From NCBI GenBank assembly GCA_030390025.1, contig CM059431.1, positions 153,204,001 to 153,268,000 on the forward strand: a DNA stretch of 64,000 nucleotides. Reading direction: 5' to 3'. Below are positions 53,110 to 63,552 of this stretch, piece after piece (positions within the stretch are counted from its first letter, which is position 1; each line of letters opens with the position of its first letter). The stretch comes from Squalus acanthias (lineage: Eukaryota). The translations under genes and the position numbers were made by a program. A model generated the notes under the pieces. That model searched no databases. It saw only the letters and a list, made by a program, of their open reading frames with translations, and had not been told where the DNA came from.

Positions 53110-54907
53110 ATGGCACGGCCAATAATTCTACAGATAAAGGAAATTTACCATCCTGTTCTCGCAGCATTTGGTATTCCCGGTAAGTCCGTTTATTTTGTTG
53201 CTTAATAGCTGTTGACTATCTCACTGCTAATAATTATGTAACAGATTCCGAGAATACTCTCATTGCAGAGTCACTTATCCCAGCGAGCTGAATCGGGGAA
53301 TATCAGCGGGAATCCGACCAGTCCACGCATTCTGGACATTCGATCCTGAGCATCGTGCGCTCAGGATTCCTCCCTTTACTGTGGGAGGGCGAGGTTGATT
53401 CCCCGGCCCCTCCAACAGTATATTGTTCACTGCAGAATGTGTATGTTTTGTGCCCATGGTGATCATCTCATTTGTGCCGTTGTTCCCTGTCTATTCTAAG
53501 TTGATAATTGCTCGGATTGCAGCCACCTCCACCCAACAGGGGGCTTTGAAAGAGATTTTGAGCAATCACTGCCGCTCGGCTGCAAAGAACCTCTGCGGTT
53601 CCACCAGGTCTCGCTCTGTTCCCGAGTAGATCCGCTCGCGGTGATTATAAATCGGAAAATCCCAGGTTATCGACGTTTGTAGTATGCTTGCATTTCAGTT
53701 GAATGATAGCTTTGAATTCATATCTTTGCAGTAAATGCTGTAAAATGATTTTTAATATTTTTCGAGGACTGAAGGGACTATGCTGGAAGGACGCGGGATT
53801 TTAAGTCCCTCTAGTGTTCAAAGATTTATTCTTTTTAAACATGATGCCGTCAACGCTCGCCGATGTATAAAAAAGTATTACCGTGCATAACACTAAATAG
53901 GGACACATCTGAACTTTCCCCCACTTTATGTTTTAATGTATAGATGGGTGTTCCCGTGACATACCTCGTTTCCCTCTTCCTTACAGCGAACCTACTGACA
54001 ATCGTGATTCTGTGCGGAGGAAATTGCGGCCTTTCCAAATGTATCTCTGTCTACATGGTGGCCATGGCAACAGCAGATCTACTGGTCATGATCAACAATG
54101 TGATAGTGTATCACACTTTTACATATCACTTTCCAGGTTCTTTCCTGTCCTACACCGCAGTCTGTAAGTTAATTGTGTACGTGAATTCTCTCGCACTTGA
54201 TATGTCGGTGTGGCTTACAGTCCTGTTCACATTTGACCGATTTGTAGCTATATGTTGTGAGAAGTTTAAAACAAAGTATTGCACAGTCAAAACGGCTGTC
54301 GCTGTTGTAACAACCGCCACTGTCCTCTTCTGTTTAAAGAACATCACCTTTTGGTTTGCATATGAACCTGAGCGAATAACTAACAATGTTCCCTGGGGAT
54401 GTCGCTCCAGAGTGGACTTTTTTCTATCAGCTGCAGGTACAGCGTTCTTCTGGTTACAAAGTATTTTTATTCCATGGCTACCTTTTGCTTTGATATTACT
54501 GTTTAATTGTTTGACAGTCAGACGTATTTTAGTGGCCAGCAGAGCCCGCAGGAGACTCCGGGATCACAGCAGTGAGAGTCACAGCGATCCAGAGATGGAG
54601 AATCGAAGAAAATCCATTATCTTACTGTTCAGTGTATCAGGTAGTTTTATAGTGTTGTGGCTGACAGCTGCCGTGAGTTTTTTTAACTACCAGACTGACA
54701 AACCCCGAGCATAAGCGAGGCGATTATGCAGCTCCTGCATATGTCGCCACAGTAACCGGATATCTACTCATGTATTTGAGCTCCTGTACAAACACCTGCA
54801 TTTATGCAGCGACCCAAACTAAATTCAGGGAAGAGCTGAAGAAGTTGGTGACATCTCCTTGGGCATTGATTCTGACTTTGGTTAAATTAAATGTAAAATC
54901 AAACTGA
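53110..54907 (+). CDS. GPR139-like GPCR copy 4 (exon 1 53110-53179, exon 2 53987-54907), one +1 frameshift in a T7 run at 54678-54684
   Basis: MARPIILQIKEIYHPVLAAFGIP-A-NLLTIVIL. Removing one T restores ...GYLLMYLSSCTNTCIYAATQTKFREELKK...KSN stop. Confidence 0.78.
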
Positions 54908-56818
54908 AGCTTCCTGTCCTAACTAGAGCTCAATTGCAGCCCGTGCTCCGCTTTAGAATGACCCTCTTTCTGCTCCCATGACAATGGATTGTTCGGTTTA
55001 AATAAACAGGTACCAGGAAACATTTTCTCCACTTTGTGCCGTGCGTTTGATGTTTGCTGCTTTCCCCGCGTGAACATAATCGATTTCTCCTAAAACAGCG
55101 CCCTTCCCGCTCATGATTCAAAGGGAACAGTCATGATTGAGCTTCAGTAGTGGAGTGGAATATGTGGACGTCAGCGTTAACTGCCTCACCCGGCAGGTAC
55201 TGGAATGACCCGCGCAGTTGAATTAACAGATAAAGCTTTATCTAGTGTAGAAACAGTGAATGGTTTCACAATCCTGGTTATTTTAATTCTTCTGTAATCT
55301 TGCGGGCGCTGATCTCCCCATCAGACTCCGATCCCATTGTCTCCTGGACCAATGGAATGAGGCCCAGTCTCCTGATCAGTGTCTAATGATGGAGACAGTA
55401 GGAACCTGACTCGTCAATGAGACATTAGAAATCTTTGTTCACAGATACTAACATAAAATCTCAACTGGTCATCATTATGTTAGAATGTTATAACTGGGGA
55501 ATTGACCATTCGACCCAACCAGTCGTTGCCGCCGTTCACCCTCCACCTGAGCAAAAGGTTCGAATCACGTTCCCGACTCTGCCTCGATATATCTTCAATC
55601 TATTTTTATTCCTGGATCTTCCCAAATTACTCTTGAATATTGGTATAATTTCTGCCTATGTGAATTCCACAGCCGGACGACACTCCGTGCATGGAGATAT
55701 TTCACTTACCCTCAGTTCTAATTCCCTTACATTTATTATTTAAACTGTGGCCGTTACTTTTTGATCCCTCAATTAATGGGAGTAGTTTGCTTGTGTCGAT
55801 GCTATCCCGAAACATAGGGACCAGGCAGGGAGCGAAACTAATCATAAGACCCCGATCATTTGCTAGATGTCCAGAAGTGTCAGGGATGGTACTTTATGAG
55901 ATGTTTCTTGCTGTAAGTTCTTGGGATATCACTTTGTGTGCAGAAGTGCCTTGTTGCATGTGAAGCATCCAGCATGCGATATGCATCATGAATATGCCCT
56001 GAAGAACGGGTGCAGGACAGGGTCGGTCACGCTGAAAACATGGCAACAGGAAACGATTAATGTAACTCTGGAGAGTGAGGATATCGGTAAAAGCAATGCG
56101 TAGAGATGTGGGTCGAAGAATCGACCGAGATAGATGTATGATGCTGGTGAGATATAGTTTAATATTGGCCGTTAATACTCTTACACCCAAAAAGGGTCAC
56201 TGTAAGGAAAGCATTCATCAGACTGTCCTGACGTCTGCTAATGTTGTACTCTATTGGTTACTCTTCATATAGTACTAATTCTAACCATTAGTCTTTACCT
56301 ATTCAACGAGGAAGTAAACGTCAGCTTAAAGTTCCACTAGGTTGTTGGGACAGGATTGACTCTGTAAGTATGTTAAGGTTCAGTGTGATGTAATAATGAG
56401 ACTTGATTAAAGTCTGATTCATAAATTTCAGAGACCTGTAATCATTTGGAATCAGAGTGGGAAGGTATCAGTTCAGCCATGGGAAGTATCTGGGCAAACA
56501 TCAACATTTTGAATTGACATCGACGATACAGAAACAAAGATGTATTTATAATTCAAGACCTCAAGTGGACTGATATTCAATGCACGTCATGCTTCAGTTA
56601 TGCAGAGATTTTGTCAGACCCCATCTGGAGTGCTTCATTCGGTATTGGGCAGCGCACGGATATATTGGTCTTGAAGCAGGTGCAGAGTAAACAATCTACA
56701 TAAATATTAAAATATAACAGAGGCACGGTCCCCGCGTGGTTCGGAAGGTGAAGGGACTTGGATAAATAAATGGATGAAGATAGTCAGGTGTATAAATCAT
56801 CAATGCTTTCACAAGCAG

Positions 56819-56890
56819 AAACGGATTGAGAATGTTAACCCGCGCTTTTCGGCTTACAAGACCGACGCCTTACCGTTTGGCCACCGCACC
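56819..56890 (-). pseudogene. tRNA-Thr(CGT)-derived pseudogene (anticodon now TGT)
   Basis: GGTGCGGTGGCCAAACGGTAAGGCGTCGGTCTTGTAAGCCGAAAAGCGCGGGTT; 3' end decayed. Confidence 0.7.
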
Positions 56891-57457
56891 ACCTACTTGC
56901 AAACCTGGCGAATCCGGTTCTCCACTGCAGTTGTCAGATACAAGGGGGTAAAAATTCACTTGGTTGCGCCTCCCGTTAGCGCCTTAAGAGGGCGCTAATG
57001 TGGCGTTAAGCCGCTAACGCCCGGGCGCAGCGCTGTTTGCGCCGCTCGGGAACTTAACTTGAGATTGTGCGGCGGCGCTAAAACTTACCACTGCGACCAC
57101 CTGCGCGCGCAGATTGTGACGTCATTCCATGGTGCAACGCCCTTGGGGCGCCCCGGAGCGGAAATTGAGTGGCGCCCCCTGCCTTACCGCCTGGCGCTTC
57201 CAACGACCGGAAGACTGGAACGTCATCAATCGGTGTGGGGCTGGGGGGGGGCGCTATTTAAAGGGGGCCTCTTCCTGTCTTTTTCTGTGGTCGACATTTA
57301 TGCACCACTCGTTCTGAGAGAGAGAGAGAGATTCGGAGAGAGAGAGCGAGAGACTTCTACATTGACTCAACGCTTTGTGAGGTAGTTTTGCCTAGTTCAT
57401 CCTAACTTTGTTGCTACTTTAGTTGCTGTACCTCATTACTTTTCTGGCAAAGAGAAT

Positions 57458-58618
57458 ATGGGGGCTGCAATGATTGGGGGCGTCGTCCTGCTCCAGCTGA
57501 ATCGGAGGATAGTGAGACGCAGACAGAGAGTGGCAATGATGGCCAGACGGAGGAGGGCCATCAGGCGCATGTACAGGAGAGCTTACCCTCCCAGGGTATA
57601 TCGTGAACAGCTCTCCTACATCCATATGTCCGAGGAGCTGTGTTTGCGAAGGCTGCGATTCAGCAAGGAGGTGGTCACTGAGCTCTGCCACCTGCTGCAG
57701 CCAGATCTGCAGCCTCAGCTGAGGTCCAGGACGTCTCTGTCGGTGGCAGTGAAGGTCACAGTGGCTTTGAACTTCTACGCCACTGGCTCATTCCAAGCTG
57801 CTGTTGGGGACCTCGCCAATATCTCCCAGTTTGCGGTGCATCACTGCATCCGGCAGGTCACCAATGCCCTCTTCAGAAGGAGACGAGACTTCATCTCTTT
57901 CCCTATGACCCCAGACAAGCAGCGTGACCGTGCTCTGGGCTTTGCGAGGGTAGCGGGCTTCCCCATGGTGCAGGGCGCCATTGACTGCACGCATGTGGCT
58001 TTGCGTGCTCCGCGAGAGAATGCAGAGGAATTCAGGAACAGAAAGGGGTTCCATTCCTTGAATGTGCAGTTGGTCTGTGACCACAGACAGGTGATACTCG
58101 CTGTCAATGCCCACTATCCGGGCAGCTGCCACGATGCTTTCATCCTGCGCCAGACTACTGTGGCAGAAGTTTTCGAGGCACCGCATCAGCCAGTTGGTTG
58201 GCTTCTGGGGGACAAGGGGTACGCATTGAGCACCTGGCTGATGACACCGCTCCGTACGCCAAACACCCCTGCTGAGCTGCGGTACAATGAAAGCCATCAA
58301 GCAACCAGGAACATTATTGAGCGCACAATCGGCGTGCTGAAACAGCGGTTCCGCTGTCTGGACCATTCCGGAGGAGCCCTGCAGTACTCGCCTGAGCAAG
58401 TTTCGAAATTCGTAGTCGTGTGCTGCATGTTGCACAACATGGCAATCCTCAGGACCCAGCCAATGCCACCAGGCCTTGTAGCACCACGAGAGGAGGAGGA
58501 GGAAGAGGAGGAAGAGGACGAGGACGATGATCATCAGCAGCACCAAGGCAGGAGGGCGGCCCACAATGGTCAAACTGCAAGGGCCGTCCGTCAACGACTA
58601 ATAGCAAGCCGCTTCTAG
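57458..58618 (+). CDS. Harbinger DDE transposase (HARBI1-like), 386 aa, intact
   Basis: GAIDCTHV, NRKGFHSLNVQLVCD, PGSCHDAFIL, LLGDKGY, RNIIERTIGVLKQRFR, CCMLHN, acidic tail. Confidence 0.93.
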   Translation: MGAAMIGGVVLLQLNRRIVRRRQRVAMMARRRRAIRRMYRRAYPPRVYREQLSYIHMSEELCLRRLRFSKEVVTELCHLLQPDLQPQLRSRTSLSVAVKVTVALNFYATGSFQAAVGDLANISQFAVHHCIRQVTNALFRRRRDFISFPMTPDKQRDRALGFARVAGFPMVQGAIDCTHVALRAPRENAEEFRNRKGFHSLNVQLVCDHRQVILAVNAHYPGSCHDAFILRQTTVAEVFEAPHQPVGWLLGDKGYALSTWLMTPLRTPNTPAELRYNESHQATRNIIERTIGVLKQRFRCLDHSGGALQYSPEQVSKFVVVCCMLHNMAILRTQPMPPGLVAPREEEEEEEEEDEDDDHQQHQGRRAAHNGQTARAVRQRLIASRF

Positions 58619-59023
58619 GGCCCCTGCCATTGCTACAAACACTAATCAACCCAGCACGCAACCCCTAAGCCGGCCAAGGCACCAATAATTCCAACCACCA
58701 GCCATGTATATTTTGAATACAGAAACTTATTTATTTTACAAACTCTGTGTGTGTCAATTCCTCATGACAAACTCATAGAAATAAACACAAAAAAACAGTC
58801 AATAACATAACTGGTTCTCACAACCTGGAGATAATGTCCAAAACACTAAACAAAAGTTGGACCATGAACCTCGGCCTTTAATAAAAAAATGCCCAGCATT
58901 TTGTCACACCTCCTACTTTTTGCCCTTCGAGGGTGATCTCCTTCCCTTGCGCACTTCCCCCCTTCTAACCCTACTGCTCCTCCGTAATGGGACCTCAGTG
59001 GCTGCAGCAAGGCTGGTGGAAGG

Positions 59024-60908
59024 CTACTGCTCGTCAGACCCTGACACTGCAGATGCCCCTGAAGGACGGCCTCGACCACTTCTGGGCCTGGAGGGCCCGG
59101 CTGCAGACTGCACCAACTCTGCATGGACGGCAGCAGTCTGTCCTAAAGGCGGTGGCAAGTGCAGTGGAGAAGTGACAGTGTTGGCAGCAGGAATGCTGTC
59201 ATCGTGAGAGAGGACAGCAACTCCCTGCTCGCCCGACACACTGGCACTCCCACGGGGCAGCACTTCAGCATCCGGAGCAATTTGCCGGAGAACAGAATGC
59301 TGGCCTGCTGCGGCGCGGTGACAGCCCCGAGGACATGTGCACGAACCATCGAGGATGGCAGCAGTCAGTGCTCGCGTGGCCTCAATCTGAGTCTGCATGA
59401 GAGCAGTCTCAGATGGGTTCCTGGCAGCCAGTGACTGAATTGCAGCACTAAGCTTTAGTGTGGCATCCGCCTGTGCTACAGCGAAGTGCTCCACACTCCT
59501 TGCCAGTGATTCAATGCATTCGGGCACCCTTCCCACTGCACCCATGAGCTCAGTGTGCATGCCCACCGCCTGGCTGTTCATTTCTGCAATCAGCCGCTCC
59601 TCCTCTGCGTCCATTGCAGTAGGAGTGTCTGGTATACTCTCCCTCTGGGGAGAAGGCCCCCGTTCTTCCCTACCCCCCCCCCCCCCCCCCCATGGCGTTG
59701 CTGCAGCCCGCTGGGTCCTGGAGCTTAACCATCATCAGCCCCTTCCCCCCTGCTCCCCTCCGGGGAAGGCGTGTTCACAGTGTGGGCATGGGCTTCCTCG
59801 GGAGAGGGTGGCACTGATGCTCCGGCTTCCTCTTCCTCCTCAGCTGCAGCATCACTCCCAGTGGCAGCTTCAGGGCCCGTCTCCTCAGCTGGTGAATCAC
59901 CATCTGAAAGCAGGGAGGTACAAGAGTGGCTTTAGCGTGAGGACAGGGTGGCAGTAAGGGAGGAATAAGTGCAGCGAGTTAGCAAGTTGGATTGAAAGTG
60001 TCAAAGGCTGGTATTGTGAGGGACAAGTGGAAGGACAGAGGACAAAAAGGTGATGACCTTACCATTGCTGTCCACAACGGGGTCGGCGTCTCCAGTGGCG
60101 ACGGGACCGATCACCCGGCTTGCCACAATCCTGTGGACGCGCTCCTCCAGATCGCTGAGGGGTTGCAGCTGAAGCCGCCCTCCACCCGTCCGTTGCTGCT
60201 GTCTCCGATTATGAGCCAGCTTAGCCTGCAAGAAAAAGGACAGCATCTGAGTAAATATACAGCCATGGTCTTGCCTGATGTGCCTCCCATAGGTGAATAG
60301 CCCTTACAATATACAGCCATGGTCTTGCCTGATGTGCCTCCCATAGCTGAATAGCCCTTACAATATACAGCCATGGTCTTGCCTGATGTGCCTCCCATAG
60401 GTGAATAGCCCTTACAATATACAGCCACGGTCTTGCCTGATCTGCCTCCCATAGGTGAATAGCCCTTACAATATACAGCCATGGTCTTGCCTGATGTGCC
60501 TCCCATAGGTGAATAGCCCTTACTGTATGCAAAGTGTGGAATGTGTGTGTGTGTTTGATGAAAGGGCCATAGGTGTTGGATGAGTGTTGTGCATTGGGGT
60601 TTTAAGACCCTCTGGCCATAGAGTGAGGTTGAGATGGAGGGATGGAGAGGTATTGAGAAAAAGCCACTCACCCTGACGACCCGAGTGAGGTCGTTGAACT
60701 TTTTGCGGCATTGAACATGGGTCCTGGGCACCATGCTCCTGGAGGAGATGCTCTGAGCCACCTCCCTCCACACTCTTCTGAACTCGCGTGGCAAAGGCCT
60801 CCTGCCACTCTCCGGGAACAGCATGCATCGTCTGCGCTCCACTGCGTCAACCAGAGCATCCAAGGCCCGCTCGGTGAAGCGATGAGCGCGTTCTCTCACC
60901 CTCTCCAT
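59024..60908 (-). pseudogene. Harbinger Myb/SANT (trihelix) DNA-binding gene; exons 60908-60672, 60225-60063, 59903-59024; premature stop and frameshift in exon 3
   Basis: MERVRERAHRFTERALDALVDAV...WREVAQSI...RTHVQCRKKFNDL, then AKLAHNRRQQQRTGGG. GT-AG introns. In-frame TAA at 59727-59725; the G19 run at 59691-59673 shifts frame before MDAEEERL. Confidence 0.8.
60254..60523. repeat. 5 x 54-bp tandem repeat in intron 1 of the Myb/SANT gene
   Basis: AATATACAGCCATGGTCTTGCCTGATGTGCCTCCCATAGGTGAATAGCCCTTAC at 60254, 60308, 60362, 60416 and 60470. Confidence 0.95.
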
Positions 60909-61344
60909 GCTTGGCAGCAAAATGGATTACAGGTCTCTCCAGGCTGAGATTCAAGGCTGCAATGAGCAGGGTGTGGCTGGGGAGCAAGTGGCCCCCCCCG
61001 CTTTAAGAAGTGTCCGGCGCCATTGTGTCTGTGTTACCTCGCTAACTGGCAGCAGCTGCGCTGCGCTCGTGCGCTGAGTTAGCGCCTCACTCCTTGGCCT
61101 TTGCGCCTTAAGAGAGGTGTGCAGCGCCTAATTTAGCGCTCCACTCACCTCCCGGGGCGGTAAAAGTGAAGTTTCCTGTCAGTGCCGATAATTAGCGCCA
61201 GGCGCTAATATTTGCGTCCGGACGATATTTGCGCCCCAAATGGGGCGCGACCTAATTTCTACCCCAAGATGTCAAACATGTTTCAAGTTTAATATCGGAA
61301 TGGACCTTCCAATATTCGGAGATGGAGTTCCGACCAGTATTGGG

Positions 61345-62205
61345 TACTTACCTAGCTTTCCCTTAAATACATCTATGCTATTTGAATTAATCTATGCCAT
61401 GTGCTAGCGAGTTCCACATTCTATCCACTCTCAGGTTAAAAGGTTAATCCTGAATTCCGATTTGATTTATTAATGACTTTCTTTTATTTATAACGCCTAA
61501 TATTGGTCTCCCATAAAAGTGGAAACACGTTCTCTACGTCTAACCTATAAAATCCTGCCATAATGTTAAAGAATTCTACCAGGTCGCCCCTCAGCTTTCC
61601 GTTTTCTAGAGAAAAGAGCCCCAGCCTGCTCAATCCTTTCTGATAGGTACGTTCTGCCAGCATCATTGTAAATCGTTTTTATGCCATCTTCAGTGCCACT
61701 GTATCATGTTGAAAATATGTACACCAGAACTGTGCACAGTACTAAAAGTGGGCTCCAATCAAGGTTCTATACAAATTTAACAACATTTCTGATTGGTTTG
61801 GTGGAATCCTTACTCCTCCTACCAAGATACAACACCACACAGTGACTTATATTGAAATTCATTTGTCATTTGCTCTTCCATTTTACAGTCTAACTGTATG
61901 TTGTCGCAGCCTTCCTCAGTATTAACTATATCTCCCAATTTGGTGACAAATGCAAATTTTGATATTGTATTTCAGATTCTCGAGTCCAGTAAAATTGGTT
62001 AAATGGTGGAGAACCGTGGTCCCAGCAGCGACCCTTGTGAAAAACCACTTTCCACCTTTCACCAGTCGAAGTGTTTAACTTTAACCCGCACTCTCTAGTT
62101 ATCGTTTTGTATCCAGATTGCTTTTTTTTCTGCTACTTGCCCCCTGACTCCATGCACCGACCTCAGTTAGGAGTCGACTATGTGGTACCTTATCAAAGGC
62201 CTTAT
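61345..62205 (-). mobile_element. Old CR1 fragment
   Basis: LSRLGLFSLENGKLRGDLVEFF. Confidence 0.7.
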
Positions 62206-62327
62206 GAAAGTTCAATGGATTGGAAATGTCAATGGACTGGGATATATAAATGGATTGGAAAAGTGAATGGAGTGGGATTTGTCAATAATTGGGGAAATCA
62301 ATGGACTAGGATATATAAATGGATTCG

Positions 62328-62780
62328 TAGAATCATAGAATCATAGAATGGTTACAGCACAGAAGGAGGTCATTCGGCCCGTCGAGACCGTGCCGCATTT
62401 CTGCAAGAGCACTTCAGCAAGTGCTATTCCCCCGCCCTTTCCCCGTAGCCCTGCAATTCTTTTTTATCCTTCAGGTACTTATCCAATTCCATTTTTAAAG
62501 CCACGATTAAGTCTGCCTCCACCATTCTTTCAGGCATTGCATTCAAGAACCTATCCACTAGCTGCGTAAAAAAGTTTTCCCTCATGTCGCCTTTGGTTCT
62601 TTTGCCTATCACCTTAAATCTGTGTCCTCTGGTTCTCGTCTCTTCCACCAACGGGAACAGTTTCTCTCTATCTTCACTGTCTAGACTCCTCATTATTTTG
62701 AACACCTCTATCAAATCTCCCCTCAACCTTCCCTGCTCCAAGGAGAACAACTCCAGCTTCTCTCGTCTATCCACGTAAAT
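62328..62780 (-). mobile_element. CR1 3' end
   Basis: LFSLEQGRLRGDLIEVFKIM...GYGERAGE; TTCTATGA tail. Confidence 0.85.
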
Positions 62781-63164
62781 AAAGTGAAAGTTCATTAAAA
62801 TTCGGAAAGTTAATGGACTGGGATAAATAAATGGATGAGGATAGTCAGGTGTATAAAGCATCAATGCTTTCACAAACTGCAACCACCTGGGAATGTTAAC
62901 AGATCGAGATATAATATTGTGGAATAATGTCAACGATTGGGAATGCCAATGGTTTACGAATGATCGATAGTTTGGTAAACCAACCGCTGCCTTTATGTCT
63001 GACTGTACCTTTGCCTATGTCAGTTTGTCTGTCACTGCTTCTGGCGTGTGACTTTGCACCTTCCGCCCGTCTGAGAGTCGGCTCAGTGGGTCAGAGCCAG
63101 AGCTTCAGATTCGAAACGTCGTGGGTTCATTTGTCAATGATCAGCCCGATTGTCGTCCGTTTCT

Positions 63165-63552
63165 CATGAGCTCTCTCGGCTCTGGGTCAATAAGTCATGG
63201 TTTCATATTCCTCTTCCGTGAGACCTGAGCCCGAAATCAAGGTCGTCACTCCCAGTGCAGTACTGAGGGAGTGCTACATTGTCGGAGGTGCAGTCTTCTT
63301 TAGAGGTGGATGTTGCTTCTTCAGGTGGACATAAAAATCGCATTGCACGATTTCGAAGAAAAGCAGTGATGTGCTTCCCGGTGTCCTGGGCAATAGCTAC
63401 CCCTCAACATCAATAAAGAAGGAAAACAGGATTTACAGTTTGCTATTTGTGGAACTGTGCTGTGCGCAAATTGGCTGCCGCGTTTCCTTCATTGGTTTTA
63501 AAGCGCTTTGGGAGGTCCGGCGGTCACCAAAGGCGCTATATAACTGCAAGTA
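63165..63552 (+). mobile_element. Deu-domain SINE (SacSINE1/AmnSINE-like)
   Basis: CAGTGCAGTACTGAGGGAGTGCT, CCCGGTGTCCTGGGCAA, core GCTGTGCGCAAATTGGCTGCCGCGTTTCC, and 3' AAGGCGCTATATAACTGCAAG. Confidence 0.72.

Larger units (their letters stand above)
56945..61265. mobile_element. Full-length Harbinger/PIF DNA transposon, 4321 bp
   Basis: TIRs GGGGTAAAAATT / AATTTCTACCCC; 3-bp TSD AAG; convergent transposase and Myb/SANT genes. Confidence 0.93.

Noticed and set aside
53944..53986. ATG at 53944 as the start of GPCR copy 4
   Set aside because: It lies just before the intron's pyrimidine tract; the conserved exon 1 is at 53110.
57788..58594. 268-aa antisense ORF
   Set aside because: Shadow frame of the GC-rich transposase gene, with no recognisable motifs.
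57458..58618. Domesticated host gene HARBI1
   Set aside because: TIRs, TSD, the Myb partner and MITE derivatives show it is a transposon.
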